NCBI GenBank assembly: GCA_051294375.1
Contig: CM119268.1
Coordinates: 10,485,607-10,549,606 of the forward strand
Direction of reading: 5' to 3'
Origin: Paraspadella gotoi
Taxonomy: Eukaryota > Animalia > Chaetognatha
Length of the DNA: 64,000 nucleotides
Under the pieces are notes generated by a model. That model did not search any database. It had not been told where the DNA came from and was given only the letters and a program-made list of their open reading frames with translations. The position numbers were made by a program, and so were the translations under genes. How positions within the stretch are numbered: position 1 is the first letter of the stretch; the number at the start of each line of letters is the position of its first letter. Of the stretch, positions 26,449-39,862 are shown piece after piece.

Positions 26449-29256
26449 ATGACTCGTCTCGTTCCAAAGTCTTTCCTTCCTTCTCTCACTTCCTCGTCTT
26501 CGAGCGTAACGTCGACGGCGATGGCGACGCTATTGACGTTACTCTCAATCGCGCTGGTGACGTTATTAACGCCGACGTTATTGACGTCGTCGTCAACGTC
26601 GTCCTTCTTGTCTCTTTTGACTTTATCTTCCGCGACGCTATTATCGTCGTCGTCGTCTTCATTTTCGCTACTTCCTCTGGCGCTGATGACGTCATTTCCG
26701 GTCGCCCAATCGAGAATCCCCCATCATCTGTTGGTCGACGCCAGAGGGCGGAGGAAGAGAGTCATTAGGAGGATTCGGCGACTGCGAGCGAGGAGGGCGC
26801 ATGAGGTGAGGGGGTAAGGATTTTTTTTAAAAAAAAAGGTCAGGCTTATATCAGTGGAACTGGCGGGAAAATGTTACAAAACATGGAAAGAAAGGAGGGG
26901 ACAGGAAAGTATTACGACTGATTGTTAACTGTTAAGTCGGAAGTGAATATCGGAAACTAGGGAATTAAATAAAACTAAATTCAGCGAAATAGCTACTAAA
27001 TACTAAATTTACTTCAATTTAAGCATAAAGTCGTCAAATGCCTTTTCAACGTAAGACCGATAGTTTCATTTAACCGATCGAGTCGGCTCAAAGGGCATAA
27101 CAAGCTTACACGCATTCACGGTTTTTTTTTAAACCAAGTTAAAGCCCCATTCCAAGAAAAAAAAAAAAAGGAAAAGGTTGAGCCGAATAAGGCAGAGAAT
27201 CCCGGGAAATTCTAGTGGCGCGGCAGAGTCGAGGAAGGTTTAGGGAAAAAAATTGTTGAGGGCCTTCGGAGGGTTGGGATGAAAGGTGGGTAGGGTGATA
27301 AAAAATGAGGAGGCAGGGTTGAAAGAAGAGAGTGAAAATAAAGGGGGGGGGTAAGCCGAGAGGAGAGAAAGCCGATTAGATTCCTCTTTCACTATCTTTT
27401 TTTTCAAGTGAAGTTCACCCAAAGGATTTCGTCAAGATTGAAATCCGAGTCAATCACTAGATGTAGGACTAAGCTCTGACGAAGTCAGAGGTTTTTTTAA
27501 TATATTCTTTGACCGGAACCAAGTAGAAAGGGGCAATAAATTGCTAATTTTTTAAGTTCAAAAAAAATCGACCAAAATATAGAAAATTAACCAAATCTTC
27601 GGAAAATCCACCCTTCTTTGGAAGTTTTCGCCATATCAGATTTTTTCCGAATCCTGACTCCCGGTTGAAAACTCTAGATTCCCGATCGTTAGCTCCTCTT
27701 TTACTTTTACCTTTAAATAAAAATTCACCAAAAATGGGACTAATTCACTTTAACATGATCGTATCAATATTAAAATAACCAAATGAAAATGTTAAAGAAA
27801 AATTTTGGAGAGCCCTTCAGGACATATTGGCTATCGATCCCTGAATTCGAAGTTTATTGTAAAAAGACAACATACCTTAAATGCGTTGACATTGTATTGA
27901 AGTGAGAAATCCTTTATTTATATATAAATTGGCGTCAAAAATATTATTCCCGAGCGGAACCAGTCCATATTGAATTGAATGGTTCGATGTCAAATGATGG
28001 TTATTTGTCAAGAGAAAAAAAGCGAGCCCTTCAGATGCAACAGGCTCGGATCGAGTGTTTTACTCTATTTTTTTTAGCCTGAATTTTCCCCAGGGGCGTT
28101 GACATAATTTTGGTATCAGACATTTTAACAAAATCTCCATTGAAAAAGTCTTCCTCGATTCTAAGAACGACGTAGGACTCCTACTAGATGATATTCGTAA
28201 AAATTAAACAAAAAAAAAAAAGCCAAAATAATAATAAACTAAAAAGAAAGTTTAAAAATTTCACTTCGACTTTAACGACGCTAGTCAGGGCTTTTTTTTT
28301 TTTCGTTCGAGGTTGAGGAGGAGTGGTTTCGCTTATCGGGTTATCGCATCGGCAAGAACTTGATAGGAATAAACAGCCATGAACGCGAAAAACCACAATT
28401 CCTGGATCCTGATACGAGAAAAAAAAATAGGAGTCCCTTAGTCTCGATCGGGTCACTTCCCCTAATTTTAGCCGACATTTATTTTGGATTTTTTCCCTTG
28501 ACGGTTTTCTACCCTCGTTTTGTTTTGTTTTTTGGTTGTATGTTCCAGCTTTTTTACGCGTTTTCTGAGTTTTTGCTGTCTTTCGCCCGTTTTGATGTCT
28601 ATGATATAGCTTTGGTCCCCCATTTTGACTACTGTTTTGTTTTTTCTTTTTACAGATGCGATTACACTATTTAAATATTTCTTTTTTTAAATGCTAATTG
28701 GTTCACTTCACAATCATCATTCTTCAATTTTGTTTTTGGTCTCTTCGTTTAAATCTCATTTCCACTTCGTATCTTTGTATTAGACCCCTTCATTATGCTT
28801 TTGTCGCTTCTTCAATCCATCCCTTTTTCCTCGTCGCGTCTCACCCATCACTTTCAACCTCGAGTCTTTTTCTATTACTTCCCTCTCGAAGAAACACTGC
28901 TGATCCAAATTCAGTGATTCTTATCAACAAAGAGAAAGAATGCGGATTCACCTTTCGCCCAGAGTAAAAAAAGAAGACGAGAAGTCCCCATCTGTAGAGC
29001 CACTACAGGGGTAGACTGAGAGAAAGGGAGGGAGACGACCGAGAGGAAAAGAGAGAGAGACGACGAGAGTGACCGAGGATACTGAGAGAGAGAGAGAGGC
29101 CGAACGAAGAGAGAGAGGCGAAAGAAGGCAAACAGAAAATGCAATCAAAGAAATATATCTTCAGGGTTGAACGAGGGAAACTAATTTTCCTCAAAATTTT
29201 GTTAACCGGCTATTGATAGTTTATTTATTTTAGAGACGTTCGTACTAATAAAGTTG

Positions 29257-29295
<39 letters not shown>

Positions 29296-29860
29296 CTCTG
29301 ACGTAAGAGAGCATCCTAAATGAATCGGCTAAAGGGAGGCAAACTTGAACCCCAGAGCTCAAATCCAACGATCAACTTTTTTTAACCAAAAATCGGTATA
29401 TTTTTTTTTTTTTTCAAAAATAAAAAGTTGTTTCTTTGTCTTTTTGTAGCCAGAGGGTCATAACTTGAAGGTCCAGGCATTTGCTCTCTCTCTCTCTCTC
29501 CTCTCCTCTCTCTCTCTCTCTCTTCTCCTCTCTCTTCTCTCTTCTCTCTCTCATTCTCTCTCTCTCTCCCTCTCCCCCTCGTTGTTTCTTGTAAAATATT
29601 TTCGGGCAAAAAGTCTCTACAAATGACATATGTTTTTCTTAATTATCATAGGCTGGCAAGTTTTAGGCAGAGAACAACGTATATATCGATATGAAAAAAA
29701 AATCAATTAGAAATAATTTTTAGGAGGTTAAAAGCTCTACTAGGATTTTTTTACAAAAAACTCGAAAAAAAGTTTGTACTAAAAAATCGCAAACGACTTT
29801 AATCTAAAACAAACACCAGACTCTTCTTTATGGGCGGCGGGAAATTTCTTTGAGAGAGAA

Positions 29861-29946
<86 letters not shown>

Positions 29947-30480
29947 TCCGTTAATTGAATTCACTCTTTACTTGAAGGAAAATCACACTTTTTTAACTCG
30001 AATAGAAATTTCGTGACGCTCCGGACTCAGATCCGCGACCGCCTGCACACCCCAAACACGCCTCTTCGCCTCTTCGCGCCTTCGGGTGTTTACTCGCATT
30101 CCCCGACGCCCTCTACGACCCCTTCGGAGGCTTTCCCTTCGACCTTCGGACAGTTATCCTCCACCCGCCCTTTAAAATGTAATCGGAACCACCCCTCTCG
30201 CCCGGACCTTCCCTCGAGGGTCCACCGCCTCAAACGTCCACTGCGGAAACCACCACCCAGACCGTCACGCTGACACCACCACTCACCGTTTCACACTCAA
30301 TCCCTTCTCCAATTCGTTGTCGAAAACCGTTTGCAATTAGGCTTCACAACCGAGAGATTGGACGCGTGATTAGGGCTTCTTAGGGTGTAGGGTTTCTAGG
30401 CGTCAGCGGCCCGCAGGGATTTTTCTTCTTCGTCTTCGTCGTTCGTCATCATGTCTTGTTAGCAAAAGTTTGGAATCCAA

Positions 30481-30556
<76 letters not shown>

Positions 30557-32074
30557 AGAGAGCCCGAAAAAAAAACATCAGTCCAATCTCATAAATGTTC
30601 CTTACTTTTAACTCCGCCTAAGCAAAAGAGGGAACACCTAAAATAGTAAGATAGTATCTATTAGATACCATGTAGGTCATAAAATATTCGCGTCTTCGTC
30701 GTGGGCGTTCTTAGTTTAGGATAAAGTACAAAAAACCTATGCACTAAATTATCATCCATCTTTATCATCATCATCAACGTCATTATCATCCTTGATGATG
30801 ATCGTATTAGTTACTAGGTTAACTCGATCCAAAAAAATACTGGAGACTAAAGTAGACACAGATCTCACTCTCAAACGGTAGTCCCGATGAGAAGAGAGGG
30901 AGAGGGAGACGATCGTCTGTGTGAAGATGGTTTTTTAATTTGACCTTTTGTTTTCATTATTTCATTTGACGTTTTGGTCAGCCAGGCCGCCAATCAAAAA
31001 AGAAAAAGAAAACCAAGGACAGCTTTGTTAGTTGGTTAGTTTTGTTAGTTGACAGCTTTGTTAGTTTATTTAAAAAGGGCGTCATAAGACCATTTTTTTA
31101 TATAGTAGATGTCTTCATTTTCTTGGCCAAAGATAATTCGCGAAAAACACGGTTTAGGTCATTACCCTTGCGCATTGGGCATTGCTTATTACACTTAAAA
31201 TAATTAAATTAATTTATTTACAAAAAAAGGTTTTTTTTTCTCGATTCCTTTAAGTTCAATATATAAATCGAGGTCAAAAAGCAATTTTGTTAGAAGATCA
31301 AAGAATGTTTGTGTTCAAGGGACGTCACGGTTCACCTACGAAAATTTGACGTCCATAAATCATTTTAAAATATTTTCGAAGTTCGGTCAGTGGCCAATAG
31401 CAAAATTGCCATGCAAAAAAAAAAAAAAAAGTACGCGCGTAATTATTAAAAAAAAAACAAAGATTAGATGAAGTTTATTTTCCACAATTAAATTAACATG
31501 AGAATAAACCACTGTTGACAGGTTGAGCGGGATCCTGCTAGTTTTAGGAGATATAGTAAGATTTAAGTAGTCGGTGAGCCCTATTACAGACCAGTGTCTT
31601 TTTTTCATTATGCGTGAATTAATTCTTACTCATCTTTTTTAGCCACAGGATTTCCGCAATCGCTTCTTTAGTTTTGGTTTCTTGCATCTTATTTACGTAA
31701 ATTATTTAATTTTGTAGCCTTGCGTGGGTGATAAATGTATATTAAATAAAAAAAATGTTACTAGACAACCGTCGAAAAAACTTCTGGCTAAAGGTGACCG
31801 TAAATTCCTTATCAATAGACATTAGACGCATGAGACACTGAGTTCGAATCGTAATCATCGCTTCCTCTTTCCAACTTTGTCTTCAGGAAGGCAGCCTCCG
31901 TCTCGTAGGCGGCGAGTCCCGCGCCGAGGGCAACGTCCAGGTCACCACTCCGGCGCCTGGGGAATTGTGTGCGACGACCGACTTCGATATTTACGACGCC
32001 ACCGTCGTCTGCCGTCAACTAGGATTCTCTTCCGCGAGACAGGCGCTCAAGAATTCCCACTTCGGAATCGGCTC

Positions 32075-32168
<94 letters not shown>

Positions 32169-35100
32169 TTTATGCTTATGGTCTGCAAAGGTTCGAAGAA
32201 TAGGGTGTAATCGGATTCTGTCTGTCTGTCTGTCTGTCTGCTGTCTGCTGTAATCGTGGTTTGTCTTTCGAGTCAGTAATCTTCATTTTGTTTAATGACC
32301 TTCAGACGCTTCTGGATTGACCAACCTCCTCTGCGAGGCGACGAGAAACGAATCTCGTCCTGCCGCTTCGACGGATGGGGTCTCCATGACTGCCCTTGAA
32401 GGGGCCGCGGCGTCAGGTAAGCATCTCGTTTTGTCGCGCTGCTTGACAGGTGCGTAACTGGTGAAAATGAACGTATTCTATCGTCACCAACCGCCAGGTG
32501 GCAACGAGCAGATGCGAAACCGTAACAACACTTCCCGAAGTAGCGCCGCACCGGCCAAAACGGTCGCGAAAGCTTAAGCGAGACGATAGAAGGAAGGCAA
32601 AGCAGAGGCTTCATCGTCGTCCGTTGTCACGTCGTCGTCTAATCCTCACTGACGTCTTCGTCATCGTCGTCGTCTTCGAAGGCTCTTCGTCTCGGACGAG
32701 GCGCTGCGGTCGCTCGAGTCGTCGACGATGACGTCGAGGAACTCCGACGGAGACTCCATCATAGACATCATGAAGAAGCTGCTGCTGCAAGAAGGCGCCA
32801 GAGCAGGAGGAAGAGCGACGAATCGGCAGCGACGGCGACGACGACGAAAGGTTTGACATTTTATGAGATGGCGCTGCTTGAAATCAGAATTTTTGGCAGA
32901 GAAGCCGACGGATCAAGTTTTCTGTTTATAAATTTGTGATTTTTTTTTCATCGAATTGTGTTAAAATTTCTTTCCGTTGCGTTTTAGATTTTTTTTGGTA
33001 ATAAACAACGATTCTTTAAATAATATATCGTTGTTTATAATTATAAAGACACTATCATTTAAGGATGAAACTGCAAAGCTGATAGGTTGATTCCGGTTCC
33101 ATGCTTGACCAATCAGGATTCGGCGATTCCATTTCAGCGGGTAGATCGCCCGAGTCTCCGATCCGATTTGCTTTTGGTGGCTGATACTCCTGCGATGCTA
33201 TGAATAGATTTTATTCAAATTCTATATTTAGTTTTTAATTCTGGCTAACAACGATTAAAAAAATGTTTCAAAGCCTGAATAGGTTAATTAAAAAAGATAT
33301 AAAGCGACGGAGATTTGTTAAGAAACTCTGAACTTTGAAGTTAGAATTTTATTAATGCTCTTTCTATTTTAAATATATTCAGCCGTCGCCTTCTCTCTTC
33401 CTCTTCTCTTCCATCTTCACAAACCCATTAGCTCCCATCTCTTCAACGAGGCCTTCATCGAGTCCTGCTCTCTCCGGTTGCTGCGTCAACGTCGGTAACT
33501 TAGCAACGACCCGTAGCAACGACGCCATCGACGACGTCTACGACGACGACGACGACGACAAAGTTGGCAACGGAAGCGACACTCCGACATTCCCCTCATC
33601 TCCATCTCTGGCGTCGAGAAGCGACGGAGAGACGGAGAGCTCGATCCTCCCAGCCGCCGCAGCCGGAGCAGCCGCGCAGCGGACCGCCAGCCCCAAGATC
33701 TCGCGGAATCTCTTACACGAACGACGACGGGAAGATGGAAGACGGTTCGTCGGTCGAGGACGAAGACGACACGATGAGAACGACGACGCCGTCAACGAGG
33801 TGGAGAAAGCCACCGAGACGGATTGGAGAAACTGGATGACACCTCGCTGATGCAAGATCGAGGAGGAGGAGAGGAGATGAAGAAGGAAGAGCTGGAGTTG
33901 GAGGAAGGGAGGGGGGTTCCTCGAAGACATGGATTATAAGAAGAGAAGGTGAGGAAAGGAAAGAGGGTGAGTCGTGACAGAAAAAGAGGAAAAGAAGGAA
34001 AACGACGGAATCTCAACGGTTTCTCCACAATCTAGTCGAGACCCCCGAGCGAACCACTCCTTGCGGACGAGAGTCTTGGGCTCCGAAGCCGCCACCGGCC
34101 TCCAGGTAGTCGAGGTGGTGGTCGACGAAGCCTCGACACCGTCCTTACCTCTTCGACGCCGCGCGACCGCCGCCGACGCGAGACGGCGTCGAATCGCGTT
34201 CCGGCGGCCGACGTTTGGGAGGTGCGTCAGTGGGGCGCCGACAGTATCTCGCCGGGGCAGACGGCGCGAGACGGCGCCTTCAACAGGATCGTGCCCAACA
34301 AGCGCGTCGGCGGCGTCGGGGGAGCGAGGGTAGGGATAAGTGCCGCTGTTGATCGGCGAGAAGAAGGTCCCTTGGGTCAAAGGTGAGGCAATCGAATCGC
34401 CGAGGAATCGGTTTTAGTTTAATTACATTCAAACCTATTAGCTAAATCATTTAAACAATATGTAGAATGGCGTGAAATGACGCCAGGCCGTATTAAGACT
34501 TAGACAACTTTGAACGTCAAACTTACCGACAAATTTACATAGTATTAAAAATATTTATGACGGTATATATTGCAATAACGATGACCAATATTGGTCTTCA
34601 GGCGAAGCGATGAAAGGCTGTTCGGCCTGACGAACGGGCGTCATGCGCAGGAAGGACGAGTCGAGGTTCTCATCGGGGAAATTGGGGACTCGTCTGCGGC
34701 GCGGGTTCGCATGATGGAGGTAAAGAAAAAAATTTGCATATTGCTGGAATTGTTGGAATAATTCTCACATTCATGTCAGCCTAATTAGTAATTACATGTT
34801 TTCTTTCTATGAAAATTTGATCTTCTGCACTTTCTCTTTGCGAGGATTAGTCTTCATTTTGGTATCTAATACAAATTTTCTATCTTTTCCAAATTCAACA
34901 TTGTTTTTTATCTTATATTTTCGAATAACGAAATTTATCTATTAAAACTCTGTGATTGCTTGTAATTGTCACTTTTTTTTTGACAACAGTCATAGACCAT
35001 TCCACAATCCACATATTTTTGACTGTCACTCAAGTTTTCCCCCTGTCTCCCAAGGTGATCGTCATCTGCAAATCCCTGGGTCTCGGCGCGGGAGGCAAAT

Positions 35101-37400
35101 CCCGTGCAGACGACCTGGTGGGGAGGTGAGCTGGACGAGGTAGTCGTAGCGGACTCACCGCGGAGAAGGAAAGGTCGTGGGCGAGTGTCGGTGGGACGAC
35201 CGGAACATACGCGTGTCCGGGAAGAAATCGATCGCCGGTGAGTCGGTGGGGATGTGAGTTCGGGGGGGGGGTGCGGGAAATTGTAGGAAATGATATCCAT
35301 TGTCATTATGTCATAATTGTATCGGTCAAGAGGTAATAAAATATTCCACAAGATCTCTATAAATTTTTCTTGATTGTTTGCTCAAAGGAGTGAACTGTAT
35401 TTAATGAACAGTGAACACCAAAATTCTATTCCTACGCAAGATTATTTTTTCCAGGGGTAGCATTTGGATAAGACATATTTCTGACCCGTGATCACCCATC
35501 TCGACTTTATTTCTCCAGGCGTGGTGTGCGCCAACGACCTTCCGATCTAATGCCCAACGGTCGTCTGCTACAGTCTCATATCTACTTGGAGGATCGACAG
35601 CTGTGGTACCTTCAGTGCGCAATGGAGAGAACTGCTCGCCTCGGACGCGTACCCGTGCGTCAGAGGGAATACAACTGGCCTATCACAACAGGCGGCTGCT
35701 CAGGTCATTAATATTAACATCCTGATATAACAACGACACATCACAATCCGTTCCGACCAACAGGTTTACTTCAAGCATCTTCACAAACGGAACTCAGGAC
35801 TTTCGTCCATTCATTCCGAAGCACTTGTGGCAGTGGCACATGTGTCATATGCATTATCACTCCATGGAGGTCTTTACTCACTACGACCTNNNNNNNNNNN
35901 NNNNNNNNNNNNNNTTTTTTTTTCGTTCGAGGGTTGAGGGAGGAGTGGTTTCGCTTATCGGGTTATCGCATCCAAGACTTTGATTAAGAATAAAAAGCAG
36001 AAGCGAAAAAACCCAAATTCCTGGATTCTGAACAGGAAAAAAAAATGGAGTCCGCTTATCTCGATCGTCACTTCCCCTAATTTTACCGACTTTTATTTTT
36101 ACTTTTTTTCCTTGACGTTTTTCCTCGTTTTGTTTTTTTGGTTTATGTTTCCAGCTTTTTTACCTTTTATTTTTCTTTTCCCTTTTTATTCTAGTGATAT
36201 AGTTTGTCCCCATTTTTACTACTGTTTTTTTTTTTTTAGATCGAGTTAACATTTAAATATTTTTCTTTCTTTTAAATGCTATTGTTCATCAATCATCATT
36301 CTTCAATTTTTTTTTTGGTCTCTCTCTTTAAATCTCATTTCCACTTCGTTACTTTTATTAACCTTTTAGCTTTTGTCGCTTCTCCATCTCCCTTTTTCCT
36401 CTCTGTCTCACTCCCTCATTTCACTCGAGCCTTTTCACTTCCCCCTCACGAGAAACTGGACCCAAATTCAGTGATTTATCACCAAAGAGAAAAGAAGCGG
36501 ATTCACCTTTCGCCAAGAAAGAGAGAGAGACTGAATGCCACACTCTGTTAGAGAGAGATAGAGGGGGAGAGAGAGAGAGAGAGAGAGAGAGGCTGAAAAG
36601 GAAACAGAAAATCAATCAAAGAAATATATCTTCAGGGTTGAACGAGGGAAACTAATTTTCCCTCAAAATTTGTTAACCGCTATTGATAGTTTATTTATTT
36701 TTATTTTAGGGACTTGCCGCTTACTTCTCATATAAGGCTCTCTCTCTCTCCTCTCTCTTATCCTCTCTCGCTACTACTCTCTACTCTACTGAAACGTAAG
36801 AGAGCATTCCTAAATAAATGCAACAATCGGCAGCCCTAAGACGTTATTCTTGGTAAGGTAGCAAGACTTGACCCCAGCACGCACTAGCACGCACTAATCA
36901 CTCAAAAAATCCATACGACTTTTTACAACTGTTTTTTTTCTACACCAAAATCGGCGTTATTTTTTTTTTTTTTTTCTTTTCAATATAATAAGTTTTTTTT
37001 GTTACTTTGTCTTTTTTGAAGCCAGAGGTCAAACATGACGCGTATCCAGGGGCATTTTGCTCTCTCTCTCTACTACTCTCTCTCTCTGCTCTCTACTCTC
37101 TCTCTCTCTCTCTCTCTCTCCTCCCTTCTCCCCTCGTTGTTTTGATAAATATTTTCGGGCAAAAAGTCTACAAATGACATATGTTTTTCTTTAATTATCA
37201 TAGGCTGGAATGTTTTAGGCAGAGAACAACGTATATATCGATATTAAAAAAAATCAATAGAAATATTTTTTGGAGGTTAAAAGATCGACTAAGGTTTTTT
37301 TTTAAAAAACTCGAAAAAAAGTTTGTACTAAAAAATCGCAAACGACTTTAATCTAAAACAAACACCAGACTCTTCTTTATGGGCGGCGGGAAATTTCTTT

Positions 37401-37461
<61 letters not shown>

Positions 37462-39796
37462 AATATTTTCCGTTAATTGAATTCACTCTTTTACTTGAAT
37501 GAAATCACACTTTTTTAACTCGAATCGAAATTTTCGTGACGCTCTCGGACTCAGATCCGCGACCGCCTGCACTCCCCAAACACCCTCTTCGCCTCTTTCG
37601 CGCCTTCGGGTGGTTTCTCGCATTCCCCGACGCCCTCTTACGACCCCTTCGGAGGCTTTCCTTTCGACCTTCGGACATTGATCCTCCACCCGCCCTTTAA
37701 AATGTAATCGCACCACCTCTCGCCCGGACGCTCTCCTCGAGCGGTCTCCACGCGCGTCAACTTCACACTGCGGAAACCACCCACCCCGACCACCACTCAC
37801 CGTTTCACACTAAATCCCTTCTCCAATGTTGTTGTCGAAACCGTGTTGCAATTAGGCTTCACAACCGAGAGATTGGACGCGCGTGATTAGGGCTTCTTAG
37901 GGTGTAGGGTTTCTAGGCGTCAGCGCCGCGCGGGATTTTATTCTTCTTCGTCTTCGTCGTCGTCGTCATCATCGTCTTGTTACAAAAGTTTTGGAATCCA
38001 AAATTGAGAGAGAGAGAGAAGAGAGGAGAGAGAGAGAGAGATGAGAGAGGAGAGAGAGAGAGAGACGATGAGACAATGGAGCGTAAGCAGAAGGCATGGA
38101 GAACAAGATGAGCGGCCGGGCACGAGAGAGGTGGAAGAAGCTCGGCCTCGAAATACTAATGAAAGAATAATAAATACGACAACATAAAAGAACACTCAGT
38201 CATATCTTCTTATAAACACCTGTTCCGTTGTACTTTTCACATCTCCGGCCTTAAGCCAAAAGAGGGGATCACCAGCCCATCAACATGCTTGGAGATACTG
38301 TTCTCATTAGTACGTATGGTAGTCATATAATACTTCGTGCGGTCTTTTCGTCGTAGACGGACCGTCTTAGTTCCTAGATAAGGTATACGTAACAAATTAC
38401 CTATGCGACTTAAATTATCATCATCTTTATCTGATCATCAGTCAACGCGTATTTCAATGCTTGATGATGATCGTTATGTTACAGGATATTCTACTCGACC
38501 AAAATCCGGAGTAAAGTGAAGACGATTCAACCTCTCCACTCTCAAAGCGGTAGTCCGATCCAGGAAGAGAGCAGAGGAGAGGGAGACGATTCGTCTTTGT
38601 GATCGATGCATGTGTTTCTTTAATTTGACCTGTTTGTTGTTCATTATTTTCATTTGACGTTTTAGTCGAGCCAGGCCGCAATCAAAAAGGAAAAGAAAAC
38701 CGCGGAACTTTGAGCTTGTTAGTTAGTTACAGCTTTTTATTTCTTTAAAAAGCGGCGTACATTTTAAAGACGCATTGTTTCATATAGTAGATGTCTTCAT
38801 TTTCTTGGGCCAAACGATAATTCGCGAAAAACACGGTTTTAGGGTCATTATCCTTGCGCATTGGGCATTGCTTATTACACTTAAAATAATAAATAATTTA
38901 TTTACAAAAAATAAGGTTTTTTTCTCGATTCCTTTAAGTCAAATATAAATCGAGGTCAAAAAGCAATTTTGTTAGAAGATCAAAGGAATGTTAGTGTTCA
39001 AGGACGTCACGGTTCACCTACGAAAAATTTGACGTCCATAAATCATTTTAAAATATTTTCGAAGTTCGGTCGGTGGCTCAATAGCAAAATTGCCATTGGC
39101 AAAAAAAAAAAAAAGTACGCGCGCGTTAAATATTAAAAAAAAAACAAGATTAGGATGAAGTTTATTTCCAACAATTAATTAACATGAGGAATAAAACCAC
39201 TGTTGACAAGGTTGAGCGGGATCCTGCTAGTTTTAGGAGATATAGTAAGATTTAAGTAGTCGGTGAGCCCTATTACAGGACCAGTGTCTTTTTTCATTAT
39301 GTGTTAATTAATTTCTTACTACATCTTTTTTGGCCACAGGGAATTTCCGCAATCGCTCTTCTTAGTTTTGGTTTCTTGCATCTTATTTACCGTAATTATT
39401 TAATTTTTGTGGCGTTGGGTGATAAATGGTTACATTAATTGGACGGAAAAAATGTGTTAGGTAGCCGACGTTGAAAAAGCTTTTGGCTAAAGGTGACCGT
39501 AAGTTCCTTATCAATAGACATTAGACGCATGAGACACTGAGTTCGAATCGTCATCATCGCTTCCCTCTTTCCAACTTTGTCTTCAGGAAGGCAGCCTCCG
39601 TCTCGTAGGCGGCGAGTCCCGCGCCGAGGGCAACGTCCAGGTCTACCACTCCGGCGCCTGGGGAATTGTGTGCGACGACGACTTCGATATTTACGACGCC
39701 ACCGTCGTCTGCCGTCAACTCGGATTCTCTTCGCGAGACAGGCGCTCAAGAATTCTCACTTCGGAATCGGCTCGAGGTGAGAGAGAGAGGAGAGAG

Positions 39797-39862
<66 letters not shown>

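Noticed and set aside
26443-26760. Minus-strand Asp/Asn-rich or Thr-rich reading frames
   Set aside because: No consistent start or splice partners; the plus frame has a leader, a furin site and a phase-matched donor to the SRCR exon.
31887-35889. LOXL pseudogene or real paralog
   Set aside because: The error pattern and position at the gap point to an assembly overlap.
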